Source of the DNA: Macrostomum lignano
Taxonomy: Eukaryota
Reading direction: 5' to 3'
Length of the DNA: 64,000 nucleotides
Assembly (NCBI GenBank): GCA_002269645.1
Contig: NIVC01001689.1
Span: 124,001 to 188,000, forward strand
Part shown: piece by piece, positions 11,045 to 25,800 of the stretch
Position numbering within the stretch: position 1 is the first letter of the stretch
How the letters are laid out: each line of letters starts with the position of its first letter
Notes under the pieces: generated by a model
What the model was told of the DNA's origin: nothing
Seen by the model: the letters and a program-made list of their open reading frames with translations, nothing else
Databases searched by the model: none
Translations under genes and position numbers: made by a program

Positions 11045-13590
11045 AAAAAGACACCAATGATCAAAAATACAAAATATATAATGACACCTTACGTCCTTAC
11101 CATATCATTTTTTTAGTTACTAGACTTTCTTTTAGCAATAATATTTAGAAAAACCTAGGCTATATCTATGCCTAACTTAATTAGTATATAATTTATAATT
11201 TGATAAAATCAATTTCATATAAAATCTTATCTGTTTCATTTTGATATTTGATTTTATAACTTTACCTATAAGCTATTGGAATTTTTATTTTTATATAAGA
11301 GATATTCATGATAATAGATAATTATCTTATAACTCTTAGAATAAAAGTTAATATTCAATATAAGTACATATTTTCATAAGGGTAATTTTGAAGCTTAATA
11401 CTATAAGCTTATAAGCATTTAAGACGAAATAAAGCATCATACAAGTTACAACTTTATTGATCATTATAATTCTATATATAATATAATAATCAATATTATA
11501 ATTCAAAATAAATAACTAACTATTGTATTGTATAGATAGAAAACCAAGTTGTTATAATGTAAATAAAAAATCAGGCAAAACTTAAAATATCCTGCCTTCC
11601 AAGATATAAAATTATACTTTATTGATATAGTTCAACTTTAAAAAATTGTTAATAAAAAGCATAGAACTTAGAAGTAGGGATCTAGGTTAAAAAAAATATT
11701 TAGGGGCTTGGCATTTACGATTTTATCACCATATTTGCTTACTCTACGAAGTCTGTGCCTTATGTTTCTATGTTAAGTTAGGTAAGTTCTTTTTTAGTAG
11801 GATTTATTTATACTATACTTCCTAACTTGCACTTCTTGCATTGTATTGAAAGGAACCTAAAATGATTCAAAGTGTTAGTTATGTTTCGTGGGACGTGATC
11901 GAGGCCGCTAAGCCCAAAAAGAGAAGCACAAGCTCTATCTTTCCATTCCGTTCTTTGGTTAGCCTAGTCTAGTCTATCTGGCTATGCAGTGTCGTCGTCG
12001 TCGTCGGACCGTATCACTATCACATTAGTCACATTTCTAAGGAAACTATATATTTATATGTGCGCCCAGTCAGGTAATTATAACTTTGGCAGTTAAACAA
12101 AAAGTAGCAAAAGATATCTGTTTAAATTTTATGACAGCCATGCTAATATAAAAAATTATCTAATTATTTGTCTAAGCTATATATTTGCAGATGATAAGAT
12201 ATTCTACACCGGTAGAGATCGACATTTCTACTCGTACTGTGAAGATGCACCTTGTAGGCCTTATTTCGCACACGCACTTTTTCCGCCAACCAGCTTTAAT
12301 CTTTGCTTACCCTAAGAACTCTTACTGGTGTACAGAAATATTTTTATTGTAATGAAATTTAAACAAATTAGCTCTTTGTAGAAGTGCATGCAAAGTACAT
12401 GCACATGTACATGCATTTCGATTAACGTGTACAGCAATCAATTGAAAACAATTAAACATAAAAGAACCACCGCCTCTCGTCTAATGTATTTATTTCGTTG
12501 CAGCACAAGAAATTGGACAAGTCAACAAAATGGAAGGGCGAGTAAATGCTGCCTACATGTAGAAGGGCATGTCACAAACTTGGATAAGTGGGAAGACAAT
12601 TATTAATAAGCACAGAATAACAAAGGTTGAAAGAAAATTTTAGAACGAGTTTTTTTATCTTTTGCAGCACTAAATTGTACTGTATGCCCTTTTAACCGGA
12701 AGAAGCTTGACAGAAATGTCGAATGCAAATTAAACTGATAAGATAAACAATTAGCTACTATGAGAATTTTGTCAACTCATGTTGTCCTAAGTAGATACTC
12801 GTAGTATGAGATGTGGAGATCCACGTCAAAGCAGCAATAAAATTGCATGTGGCTGCACTTATTGATTAAAGTCTTGGCGCATTTCCGGGGCCTTCAAAGA
12901 CTATAAATTTGGTTGGTTCATAAACGAAAACGATAAACAAAGACTACAATTATAAAAAATAAACGCGTTGCAACTCGGAGCCAAGCTTTAAACGGACAAG
13001 AAATGAAAGCATAAAAAACAAACTGAAATTGCACGGAGAAGAAAAACGCTGCGTGCTTCATGCAATAAAAAATTGAAGCACTAAACAGTTATAATTGCAA
13101 GAAAATGAAGAAACGCGCGCTGCTCCTACATAGTTATAATTATTTTCTGCTTTTTAGCGCCAAAGAATGGGGGAAATTTCTTATCTTCTGAACTGAGAAT
13201 TTGCTAGCTTTCTTTTGTTTGCTACAAAAAAGTGTGTTCGTAAAAAGATACTCTAATCGAACAACCTCCAAGAAAAACAGCTGCTTAGATTCAAATGAAT
13301 GATTTGGAAGGCTAAAAAGTGAGTGTGAAAATTGCTTTAAAGAGTACTGTAACTAGGCCTTCAAATATTAGCTAGCTGTCTACAAGTGGATATCAGCAGC
13401 GAAAGCGTCGAAAATGGAGCAAGACAAGCGGACATCCTATTCACCTTCTTGGGTCTTCCAGCGACTTTGATTGTTGAGGGCAACTTTGAGCATAATCCTC
13501 CCCATATGAAGATAAGATAACACATCCCTTATAGAAGTGTTAAACGCCCTCAGAATATCATAAAGGTCATCGACTCCGAAGCGAAACCTC

Positions 13591-13821
13591 TCAGCGCAGC
13601 GGCATCGGCACAAACGGGGGCAGCAGGCAGCCGGACTCGATCGCCCGGCGCAGCTCGCCAGCCCTGGCCTCGGCTGTGCAGATTGGCGGCGAGTTCCTCG
13701 GCGGCAGCAGACTGGCGAACACGTCGCCGTGGTGCAGCAGCATGCGGGACAGGCAGCGGGGCCGGAAGCCGGGCCTGGGGTGCAGTAGGCTCAGCAGCAG
13801 CTGGCGGTAGGCCGGGCTGAC
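13591..13821 (-). CDS. Kinase exon 5 (subdomain XI, AGC tail, stop)
   Basis: CAATCAG|GTC acceptor; RQLLLSLLHPRPGFRP...PPFVP; TGA at 13591-13593. Confidence 0.85.
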   Translation of the reverse strand, partial: VSPAYRQLLLSLLHPRPGFRPRCLSRMLLHHGDVFASLLPPRNSPPICTAEARAGELRRAIESGCLLPPFVPMPLR

Positions 13822-16800
13822 CTGATTGGGGATTGGCAACGATGTTTACATAGAGCTGGAGACTGCAGTGTGAGACTGCGGCTGAGGCATGCTGAGATCC
13901 TCAGCTTAGAGTTCCTAGATGTTACATTCCAGATCCCAGATTCGAGATCCCAAGACTCCCAGATCCGGAATTCCAGATCACACATTCCAGATCCTAGATT
14001 CGAGATCCCAAGACTCCCAGATCCGGAATTCCAGATCACACATTCCAGATCCCGGAACCCAAATTTGAGATATCAGATCCCAGAACCCAGATTTGAGATA
14101 TCAGATTCCAAATCGCACATTCCAGATCCCGGAACCCAGATTTGAGATATCAGATTCCAAATCCCACATTCCAGATCCCGGAACCCAGATTTGAGATATC
14201 AGATTCAAAATCCCACATTCCAGATCTCAGATTCCAAACCCCACATTCCAGATCTCAGATTCCAAATCCCACATTCCAGATCTCAGATTCAAAATCCCAC
14301 ATTCCAGAACTCAGATTCCAAATCCCACATTCCAGATCTCAGATTCCAAATCCCACATTCCAGATCTCAGATTCCAAATCCCAGATTCCAGATCTCAGAT
14401 TCCAAATTACACATTCCAGATATCAGATTCCAAATCCCACATTCCAGATATCAGATTCCAAATCCCACATTCCAGATCTCAGATTCCAAATCCCACATTC
14501 CAGATCTCAGATTCCAAACCCCACATTTCAGATCTCAGATTCCAAACCCCACATTTCAGATCTCAGATTCCAGATCCCACATTCCAGATCCCGGAACCCA
14601 AATTTGAGATATCAGATCCCAGAACCCAGATGTGAGATATCAGATTTCAAATCCCACATTCCAGATTTCAGATTCCAAATCCCACATTCCAGATATCAGA
14701 CTTCAAATCCCACATTCCAGATCTCAGATTCCAAACCCCACATTCCAGATCTCAGATTCAAAATCCCACATTCCAGATCTCAGACTCCGAATTCCACATT
14801 CCAGATCTCAGATTCAAAATCCCACATTCCAGATCTCAGACTCCGAATTCCACATTCCAGATCTCAGATTCCAAATCCCACATTCCATTTATCAGATTCC
14901 AAATCCCACATTCCAGATCTCAGATCGGTTTTCAGATTCCAGATCCGGCACCGGGATTCGGGATTCCAGATCCCTGATCCCTGATCCGAGTTTCCAGATC
15001 TGAGTTCCAGATTTCAGATCCGAGTTTCCAGATCTGAGTTCCAGATTTTAGATCAGAGTTTCCATTTCCAGATCTGAGTTCCAGATTTCAGATCCGAGTT
15101 TCCAGATCTGAGTTCCAGATTTTAGATCCGAGTTTCCAGATCTGAGTTCCAGATTTTAGATCCGAGATTCCAGATCCATATTCGAGTCCCAGATACTAGA
15201 TTCCAAATTACAGATTCCAGGTCCAAGGACCAAGAAACTAGCTTTCAGAGCCCCGGGTCCAAAATTCCCAATCCCATATCCCAATGTTCAGGCTTTACCA
15301 GACCCTGGTTCTCATACTTAATTAACAGTCTGAAAGGTAAAATCTTACCTGCATATTGCTGTTGATCAGCTGCTGATAGCCTTCTGACTGCATATACCTG
15401 GCGTACTGGTCCACTGTCCAGTCTGTCCGCAGTGATTTGGGCGGCACAATGGGAAATACGTTGTGCAGCAGCCAGTAAGCCAGGCAGCCAAAGCTGAACC
15501 AATCTGTTGCCTTGGTAACCACGTGACCTGATGAAGTTGAAATGAAGTAAGCAATTTTCAAATCATATATAGATATAATCAGCAAAAATAAAAAACTAAC
15601 ATAAAAACCCTAACATTAAAAAGTTATTGTGCTCTGGACTTTTTTAAACGGATCCGTAAAATGCACCGCGATTCTCAGCTGATGAGGGGCGATTCTCAGC
15701 TGATGAGGGGCGATTCTCACACAGCTGATGAGGGGTGATTCTCACACAGCTGATAAGGGGCGATTCTCAGCTGATGAGGGGCGATCCTCAGCTGATGAGG
15801 GGCGATTCTCAGCTGATGAGGGGCGATTCTCACACAGCTGATGAGGGGCGATTCTCAGCTGATGAGGGGCGATTCTCAGCTGATGAGGGGCGATTCTCAC
15901 ACAGCTGATAAGGGGTGATTCTCACACAGCTGATGAGGGGTGATTCTCACACAGCTGATAAGGGGCGATTCTCAGCTGATGAGGGGCGATTCTCAGCTGA
16001 TGAGGGGCGATTCTCACACAGCTGATAAGGGGTGATTCTCACACAGCTGATAAGGGGCGATTCTCAGCTGATGAGGGGCGATTCTCAGCTGATGAGGGGC
16101 GATTCTCACACAGCTGATGAGGGGTGATTCTCACACAGCTGATAAGGGGTGATTCTCACACAGCTGATGAGGGGTGATTCTCACACAGCTGATAAGGGGT
16201 GATTCTCACACAGCTGATGAGGGGTGATTCTCACACAGCTGATTGAAGGGCGATTCTCACACAGCTGATGAGGGGTGATTCTCACACAGCTGATTGAGGG
16301 GCGATTCTCACACAGCTGATAAGGGGTGATTCTCACACAGCTGATGAGGGGTGATTCTCAGCTGATGAGGGGCGATCCTCAGCTGATGAGGGGCGATTCT
16401 CACACAGCTGATGAGGGGTGATTCTCACACAGCTGATAAGGGGCGATTCTCAGCTGATGAGGGGCGATTCTCACACAGCTGATAAGGGGTGATTCTCACA
16501 CAGCTGATAAGGGGCGATTCTCAGCTGATGAGGGGCGATTCTCAGCTGATGAGGGGCGATTCTCACACAGCTGATGAGGGGTGATTCTCACACAGCTGAT
16601 AAGGGGTGATTCTCACACAGCTGATGAGGGGTGATTCTCACACAGCTGATGAGGGGTGATTCTCACACAGCTGATAAGGGGTGATTCCCACACAGCTGAT
16701 AAGGGGTGATTCTCACACAGCTGATTGAGGGGCGATTCTCACACAGCTGATAAGGGGTGATTCTCACACAGCTGATGAGGGGTGATTCTCACACAGCTGA

Positions 16801-19800
16801 TTGAAGGGCGATTCTCACACAGCTGATAAGGGGTGATTCTCACACAGCTGATTGAGGGGCGATTCTCACACAGCTGATAAGGGGTGATTCTCACACAGCT
16901 GATGAGGGGTGATTCTCAGCTGATGAGGGGCGATCCTCAGCTGATGAGGGGCGATTCTCACACAGCTGATGAGGGGTGATTCTCACACAGCTGATAAGGG
17001 GCGATTCTCAGCTGATGAGGGGCGATCCTCAGCTGATGAGGGGCGATTCTCAGCTGATGAGGGGCGATTCTCACACAGCTGATGAGGGGTGATTCTCACA
17101 CAGCTGATAAGGGGCGATTCTCAGCTGATGAGGGGCGATTCTCACACAGCTGATAAGGGGTGATTCTCACACAGCTGATAAGGGGCGATTCTCAGCTGAT
17201 GAGGGGCGATTCTCAGCTGATGAGGGGCGATTCTCACACAGCTGATGAGGGGTGATTCTCACACAGCTGATAAGGGGTGATTCTCACACAGCTGATGAGG
17301 GGTGATTCTCACACAGCTGATAAGGGGTGATTCTCACACAGCTGATTGAGGGGCGATTCTCACACAGCTGATAAGGGGTGATTCTCACACAGCTGATGAG
17401 GGGTGATTCTCACACAGCTGATTGAAGGGCGATTCTCACACAGCTGATAAGGGGTGATTCTCACACAGCTGATTGAGGGGCGATTCTCACACAGCTGATA
17501 AGGGGTGATTCTCACACAGCTGATGAGGGGTGATTCTCACACAGCTGATAAGGGGTGATTCTCACACAGCTGATGAGGGGTGATTCTCACACAGCTGATA
17601 AGGGGTGATTCTCACACAGCTGATTGAGGGGCGATTCTCACACAGCTGATAAGGGGTGATTCTCACACAGCTGATGAGGGGTGATTCTCACACAGCTGAT
17701 TGAGGGGCGATTCTCACACAGCTGATAAGGGGTGATTCTCACACAGCTGATAAGGGGCGATTCTCACACAGCTGATAAGGGGTGATTCTCACACAGCTGA
17801 TGAGGGGCGATTCTCACACAACTGATAAGGGGCGATTCTCAGCTGATGAGGGGCGATTCTCACACAACTGATAAGGGGCGATTCTCACACAGCTGATGAG
17901 GGGCGATTCTCACACAACTGATAAGGGGCGATTCTCAGCTGATGAGGGGCGATTCCCACACAGCTGATAAGGGGTGATTCTCACACAGCTGATTAGGGGC
18001 GATTCTCACACAGCTGATAAGGGGTGATTCTCACACAGCTGATTGAGGGGCGATTCTCACACAGCTGATAAGGGGTGATTCTCACACAGCTGATAAGGGG
18101 CGATTCTCAGCTGATGAGGGGCGATTCTCAGCTGATGAGGGGCGATTCTCACACAGCTGATGAGGGGTGATTCTCACACAGCTGATGAGGGGTGATTCTC
18201 ACACAGCTGATAAGGGGTGATTCTCACACAGCTGATTGAGGGGCGATTCTCACACAGCTGATAAGGGGTGATTCTCACACAGCTGATGAGGGGTGATTCT
18301 CACACAGCTGATTGAAGGGCGATTCTCACACAGCTGATAAGGGGTGATTCTCACACAGCTGATTGAGGGGCGATTCTCACACAGCTGATAAGGGGTGATT
18401 CTCACACAGCTGATGAGGGGTGATTCTCACACAGCTGATAAGGGGCGATTCTCAGCTGATGAGGGGCGATTCTCAGCTGATGAGGGGCGATTCTCACACA
18501 GCTGATGAGGGGTGATTCTCACACAGCTGATGAGGGGTGATTCTCACACAGCTGATAAGGGGTGATTCTCACACAGCTGATAAGGGGTGATTCTCACACA
18601 GCTGATTGAGGGGCGATTCTCACACAGCTGATAAGGGGTGATTCTCACACAGCTGATTGAGGGGCGATTCTCACACAGCTGATAAGGGGTGATTCTCACA
18701 CAGCTGATTGAGGGGCGATTCTCACACAGCTGATAAGGGGTGATTCTCACACAGCTGATGAGGGGCGATTCTCACACAACTGATAAGGGGCGATTCTCAG
18801 CTGATGAGGGGCGATTCTCACACAACTGATAAGGGGCGATTCTCACACAGCTGATGAGGGGCGATTCTCACACAACTGATAAGGGGCGATTCTCAGCTGA
18901 TGAGGGGCGATTCCACACAGCTGATAAGGGGTGATTCTCACACAGCTGATTAGGGGCGATTCTCACACAGCTGATAAGGGGTGATTCTCACACAGCTGAT
19001 TGAGGGGCGATTCTCACACAGCTGATGAGGGACGATTCTCACACAGCTGATTAGGGGCGATTCTCACACAGCTGATAAGGGGTGTTTCTCACACAGCTGA
19101 TTGAGGGGCGATTCTCACACAGCTGATAAGGGGTGATTCTCACACAGCTGATGAGGGGCGATTCTCACACAACTGATAAGGGGCGATTCTCAGCTGATGA
19201 GGGGCGATTCTCACACAACTGATAAGGGGCGATTCTCAGCTGATGAGGGGCGATTCCCACACAGCTGATAAGGGGTGATTCTCACACAGCTGATTAGGGG
19301 CGATTCTCACACAGCTGATAAGGGGTGATTCTCACACAGCTGATTGAGGGGCGATTCTCACACAGCTGATGAGGGACGATTCTCACACAGCTGATTAGGG
19401 GCGATTCTCACACAGCTGATAAGGGGTGATTCTCACACAGCTGATGAGGGGCGATTTTCACACAGCTGATTAGGGGCGATTCTCACACAGCTGATAAGGG
19501 GTGATTCTCACACAGCTGATTGAGGGGCGATTCTCACACAGCTGATAAGGGGTGATTCTCACACAGCTGATAAGGGGTGATTCTCACACAGCTGATTGAG
19601 GGGTGATTCTCACACAGCTGATGAGGGGCGATTCTCACACAGCTGATAAGGGGTGATTCTCACACAGCTGATGAGGGGCGATTCTCACACAACTGATAAG
19701 GGGCGATTCTCAGCTGATGAGGGGCGATTCTCACACAACTGATAAGGGGCGATTCTCACACAGCTGATGAGGGGTGATTCTCACACAGCTGATAAGGGGT

Positions 19801-22800
19801 GATTCTCACACAGCTGATGAGGGGTGATTCTCACACAGCTGATAAGGGGTGATTCTCACACAGCTGATTGAGGGGCGATTCTCACACAGCTGATAAGGGG
19901 TGATTCTCACACAGCTGATAAGGGGTGATTCTCACACAGCTGATTGAAGGGCGATTCTCACACAGCTGATAAGGGGTGATTCTCACACAGCTGATTGAGG
20001 GGCGATTCTCACACAGCTGATAAGGGGTGATTCTCACACAGCTGATGAGGGGTGATTCTCAGCTGATGAGGGGCGATCCTCAGCTGATGAGGGGCGATTC
20101 TCACACAGCTGATGAGGGGCGATTCTCACACAACTGATAAGGGGCGATTCTCAGCTGATGAGGGGCGATTCTCACACAACTGATAAGGGGCGATTCTCAG
20201 CTGATGAGGGGCGATTCCCACACAGCTGATAAGGGGTGATTCTCACACAGCTGATAAGGGGTGATTCTCACACAGCTGATTAGGGGCGATTCTCACACAG
20301 CTGATAAGGGGTGATTCTCACACAGCTGATTGAGGGGCGATTCTCACACAGCTGATGAGGGACGATTCTCACACAGCTGATTAGGGGCGATTCTCACACA
20401 GCTGATAAGGGGTGATTCTCACACAGCTGATGAGGGGCGATTTTCACACAGCTGATTAGGGGCGATTCTCACACAGCTGATAAGGGGTGATTCTCACACA
20501 GCTGATTGAGGGGCGATTCTCACACAGCTGATAAGGGGTGATTCTCACACAGCTGATAAGGGGTGATTCTCACACAGCTGATTGAGGGGCGATTCTCACA
20601 CAGCTGATAAGGGGTGATTCTCACACAGCTGATTGAGGGGCGATTCTCACACAGCTGATGAGGGACGATTCTCACACAGCTGATTAGGGGCGATTCTCAC
20701 ACAGCTGATAAGGGGTGATTCTCACACAGCTGATGAGGGGCGATTTTTACACAGCTGATTAGGGGCGATTCTCACACAGCTGATAAGGGGTGATTCTCAC
20801 ACAGCTGATTGAGGGGCGATTCTCACACAGCTGATAAGGGGTGATTCTCACACAGCTGATAAGGGGTGATTCTCACACAGCTGATTGAGGGGCGATTCTC
20901 ACACAGCTGATAAGGGGTGATTCTCACACAGCTGATGAGGGGCGATTCTCACACAACTGATAAGGGGCGATTCTCAGCTGTTGAGGGGAGAGGGGCGATT
21001 CTCACACAACTGATAAGGGGCGATTCTCAGCTGATGAGGGGCGATTCCCACACAGCTGATTGAGGGGCGATTCTCACACAGCTGATAAGGGGTGATTCTC
21101 ACACAGCTGATTAGGGGCGATTCTCACACAGCTGATAAGGGGTGATTCTCACACAGCTGATTGAGGGGCGATTCTCACACAGCTGATAAGGGGTGATTCT
21201 CACACAGCTGATAAGGGGTGATTCTCACACAGCTGATAAGGGGTGATTCTCACACAGCTGATAAGGGGTGATTCTCACACAGCTGATTGAGGGGCGATTC
21301 TCACACAGCTGATAAGGGGTGATTCTCACACAGCTGATGAGGGGCGATTCTCACACAACTGATAAGGGGCGATTCTCAGCTGATGAGAGGAGAGGGGCGA
21401 TTCTCACACAACTGATAAGGGGCGATTCTCAGCTGATGAGGGGCGATTCTCACAATCTCACACAACTGATAAGGGGCGATTTTCAGCTGATAAGGGGCGA
21501 TTCTCACACAACTGATAAGGGGCGATTCTCAGCTGATGAGGGGCGATTCTCACACAGCTGATTGAGGGGCGATTCTCACACAGCTGATAAGGGGTGATTC
21601 TCACACAGCTGATTGAGGGGCGATTCTCACACAGCTGATAAGGGGTGATTCTCACACAGCTGATGAGGGGCGATTCTCACACAACTGATAAGGGGCGATT
21701 CTCAGCTGACGAGGGGCGATTCCCACACAGCTGATTGAGGGGCGATTCTCACACAGCTGATAAGGGGTGATTCTCACACAGCTGATTAGGGGCGATTCTC
21801 ACACAGCTGATAAGGGGTGATTCTCACACAGCTGATTGAGGGGCGATTCTCACACAGCTGATAAGGGGTGATTCTCACACAGCTGATAAGGGGTGATTCT
21901 CACACAGCTGATTGAGGGGCGATTCTCACACAGCTGATAAGGGGTGATTCTCACACAGCTGATGAGGGGCGATTCTCACACAACTGATAAGGGGCGTTTC
22001 TCAGCTGATGAGGGGCGATTCTCACACAACTGATAAGGGGCGATTCTCAGCTGATGAGGGGCGATTCCCACACAGCTGATTGAGGGGCGATTCTCACACA
22101 GCTGATAAGGGGTGATTCTTACACAGCTGATAAGGGTGATTCTCACACAGCTGATTGAGGGGCGATTCTCACACAGCTGATGAGGGACGATTCTCACACA
22201 GCTGATTAGGGGCGATTCTCACACTGCTGATAAGGGGTGATTCTCACACAGCTGATGAGGGGCGATTTTCACACAGCTGATTAGGGGCGATTCTCACACA
22301 GCTGATAAGGGGTGATTCTCACACAGCTGATTGAGGGGCGATTCTCACACAGCTGATAAGGGGTGATTCTCACACAGCTGATAAGGGGTGATTCTCACAC
22401 AGCTGATTGAGGGGCGATTCTCACACAGCTGATAAGGGGTGATTCTCACACAGCTGATGAGGGGCGATTCTCACACAACTGATAAGGGGCGATTCTCAGC
22501 TGATGAGGGGCGATTCTCACAATCTCACACAACTGATAAGGGGCGATTTTCAGCTGATAAGGGGCGATTCTCACACAACTGATAAGGGGCGATTCTCAGC
22601 TGATGAGGGGCGATTCTCACACAGCTGATTGAGGGGCGATTCTCACACAGCTGATAAGGGGTGATTCTCACACAGCTGATTGAGGGGCGATTCTCACACA
22701 GCTGATAAGGGGTGATTCTCACACAGCTGATGAGGGGCGATTCTCACACAACTGATAAGGGGCGATTCTCAGCTGATGAGGGGCGATTCTCACACAACTG

Positions 22801-25800
22801 ATAAGGGGCGATTCTCAGCTGATGAGGGGCGATTCTCACACAGCTGATTGAGGGGCGATTCTCACACAGCTGATAAGGGGTGATTCTCACACAGCTGATT
22901 GAGGGGCGATTCTCACACAGCTGATAAGGGGTGATTCTCACACAGCTGATTGAGGGGCGATTCTCACACAGCTGATAAGGGGTGATTCTCACACAGCTGA
23001 TGAGGGGCGATTCTCACACAACTGATAAGGGGCGATTCTCAGCTGATGAGGGGCGATTCTCACACAACTGATAAGGGGCGATTCTCAGCTGATTAGGGGC
23101 GATTCTCACACAGCTGATTGAGGGGCGATTCTCACACAGCTGATTGAGGGGCGATTCTCACACAGCTGATAAGGGGTGATTCTCACACAGCTGATTGAGG
23201 GGCGATTCTCACACAGCTGATAAGGGGTGATTCTCACACAGCTGATTAGGGGCGATTCTCACACAGCTGATAAGGGGTGATTCTCACACAGCTGATTGAG
23301 GGGCGATTCTCACACAGCTGATAAGGGGTGATTCTCACACAGCTGATAAGGGGTGATTCTCACACAGCTGATTGAGGGGCGATTCTCACACAGCTGATAA
23401 GGGGTGATTCTCACACAGCTGATAAGGGGTGATTCTCACACAGCTGATAAGGGGTGATTCTCACACAGCTGATTGAGGGGCGATTCTCACAGCTGATAAG
23501 GGGTGATTCTCACACAGCTGATGAGGGGTGATTCTCACACAACTGATAAGGGGCGATTCTCAGCTGATGAGGGGCGATTCTCACACAACTGATAAGGGGC
23601 GATTCTCAGCTGATGAGGGGCGATTCCCACACAGCTGATTGAGGGGCGATTCTCACACAGCTGATAAGGGGTGATTCTCACACAGCTGATAAGGGGTGAT
23701 TCTCACACAGCTGATTGAGGGGCGATTCTCACACAGCTGATGAGGGGCGATTCTCACACAGCTGATTAGGGGCGATTCTCACACAGCTGATAAGGGGTGA
23801 TTCTCACACAGCTGATGAGGGGCGATTTTCACACAGCTGATTAGGGGCGATTCTCACACAGCTGATAAGGGGTGATTCTCACACAGCTGATTGAGGGGCG
23901 ATTCTCACACAGCTGATAAGGGGCGATTCTCAGCTGATTAGGGGCGATTCTCACACAGCTGATTGAGGGGCGATTCTCACACAGCTGATTGAGGGGCGAT
24001 TCTCACACAGCTGATAAGGGGTGATTCTCACACAGCTGATTGAGGGGCGATTCTCACACAGCTGATAAGGGGTGATTCTCACACAGCTGATTAGGGGCGA
24101 TTCTCACACAGCTGATAAGGGGTGATTCTCACACAGCTGATTGAGGGGCGATTCTCACACAGCTGATAAGGGGTGATTCTCACACAGCTGATAAGGGGTG
24201 ATTCTCACACAGCTGATTGAGGGGCGATTCTCACACAGCTGATAAGGGGTGATTCTCACACAGCTGATAAGGGGTGATTCTCACACAGCTGATAAGGGGT
24301 GATTCTCACACAGCTGATTGAGGGGCGATTCTCACACAGCTGATAAGGGGTGATTCTCACACAGCTGATGAGGGGCGATTCTCACACAACTGATAAGGGG
24401 CGATTCTCAGCTGATGAGGGGCGATTCTCACACAACTGATAAGGGGCGATTCTCAGCTGATGAGGGGCGATTCCACACAGCTGATTGAGGGGCGATTCTC
24501 ACACAGCTGATAAGGGGTGATTCTCACACAGCTGATAAGGGGTGATTCTCACACAGCTGATTGAGGGGCGATTCTCACACAGCTGATGAGGGGCGATTCT
24601 CACACAGCTGATTAGGGGCGATTCTCACACAGCTGATAAGGGGTGATTCTCACACAGCTGATGAGGGGCGATTTCACACAGCTGATTAGGGGCGATTCTC
24701 ACACAGCTGATAAGGGGTGATTCTCACACAGCTGATTGAGGGGCGATTCTCACACAGCTGATAAGGGGTGATTCTCACACAGCTGATAAGGGGTGATTCT
24801 CACACAGCTGATTGAGGGGCGATTCTCACACAGCTGATAAGGGGTGATTCTCACACAGCTGATGAGGGGCGATTCTCACACAACTGATAAGGGGCGATTC
24901 TCAGCTGATGAGGGGAGAGGGGCGATTCTCACACAACTGATAAGGGGCGATTCTCAGCTGATGAGGGGCGATTCTCACAATCTCACACAACTGATAAGGG
25001 GCGATTCTCAGCTGATAAGGGGCGATTCTCACACAACTGATAAGGGGCGATTCTCAGCTGATGAGGGGCGATTCTCACACAGCTGATTGAGGGGCGATTC
25101 TCACACAGCTGATAAGGGGTGATTCTCACACAGCTGATTGAGGGGCGATTCTCACACAGCTGATAAGGGGTGATTCTCACACAGCTGATGAGGGGCGATT
25201 CTCACACAACTGATAAGGGGCGATTCTCAGCTGATGAGGGGCGATTCTCACACAACTGATAAGGGGCGATTCTCAGCTGATTAGGGGCGATTCTCACACA
25301 GCTGATTGAGGGGCGATTCTCACACAGCTGATAAGGGGTGATTCTCACACAGCTGATTGAGGGGCGATTCTCACACAGCTGATAAGGGGTGATTCTCACA
25401 CAGCTGATTGAGGGGCGATTCTCACACAGCTGATAAGGGGTGATTCTCACACAGCTGATGAGGGGCGATTCTCACACAACTGATAAGGGGCGATTCTCAG
25501 CTGATGAGGGGCGATTCTCACACAACTGATAAGGGGCGATTCTCAGCTGATTAGGGGCGATTCTCACACAGCTGATTGAGGGGCGATTCTCACACAGCTG
25601 ATTGAGTGGCGATTCTCACACAGCTGATAAGGGGTGATTCTCACACAGCTGATTGAGGGGCGATTCTCACACAGCTGATAAGGGGTGATTCTCACACAGC
25701 TGATTAGGGGCGATTCTCACGCAGCTGTTAAGGGGTGATTCTCACACAGCTGATTGAGGGGCGATTCTCACACAGCTGATAAGGGGTGATTCTCACACAG

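Noticed and set aside
18544-25450. Repeated short ORFs (MRITPYQLCENRPSISCV..., MILTQLMRGDSH...)
   Set aside because: Satellite read-through in an intron; useful only as higher-order-repeat markers.
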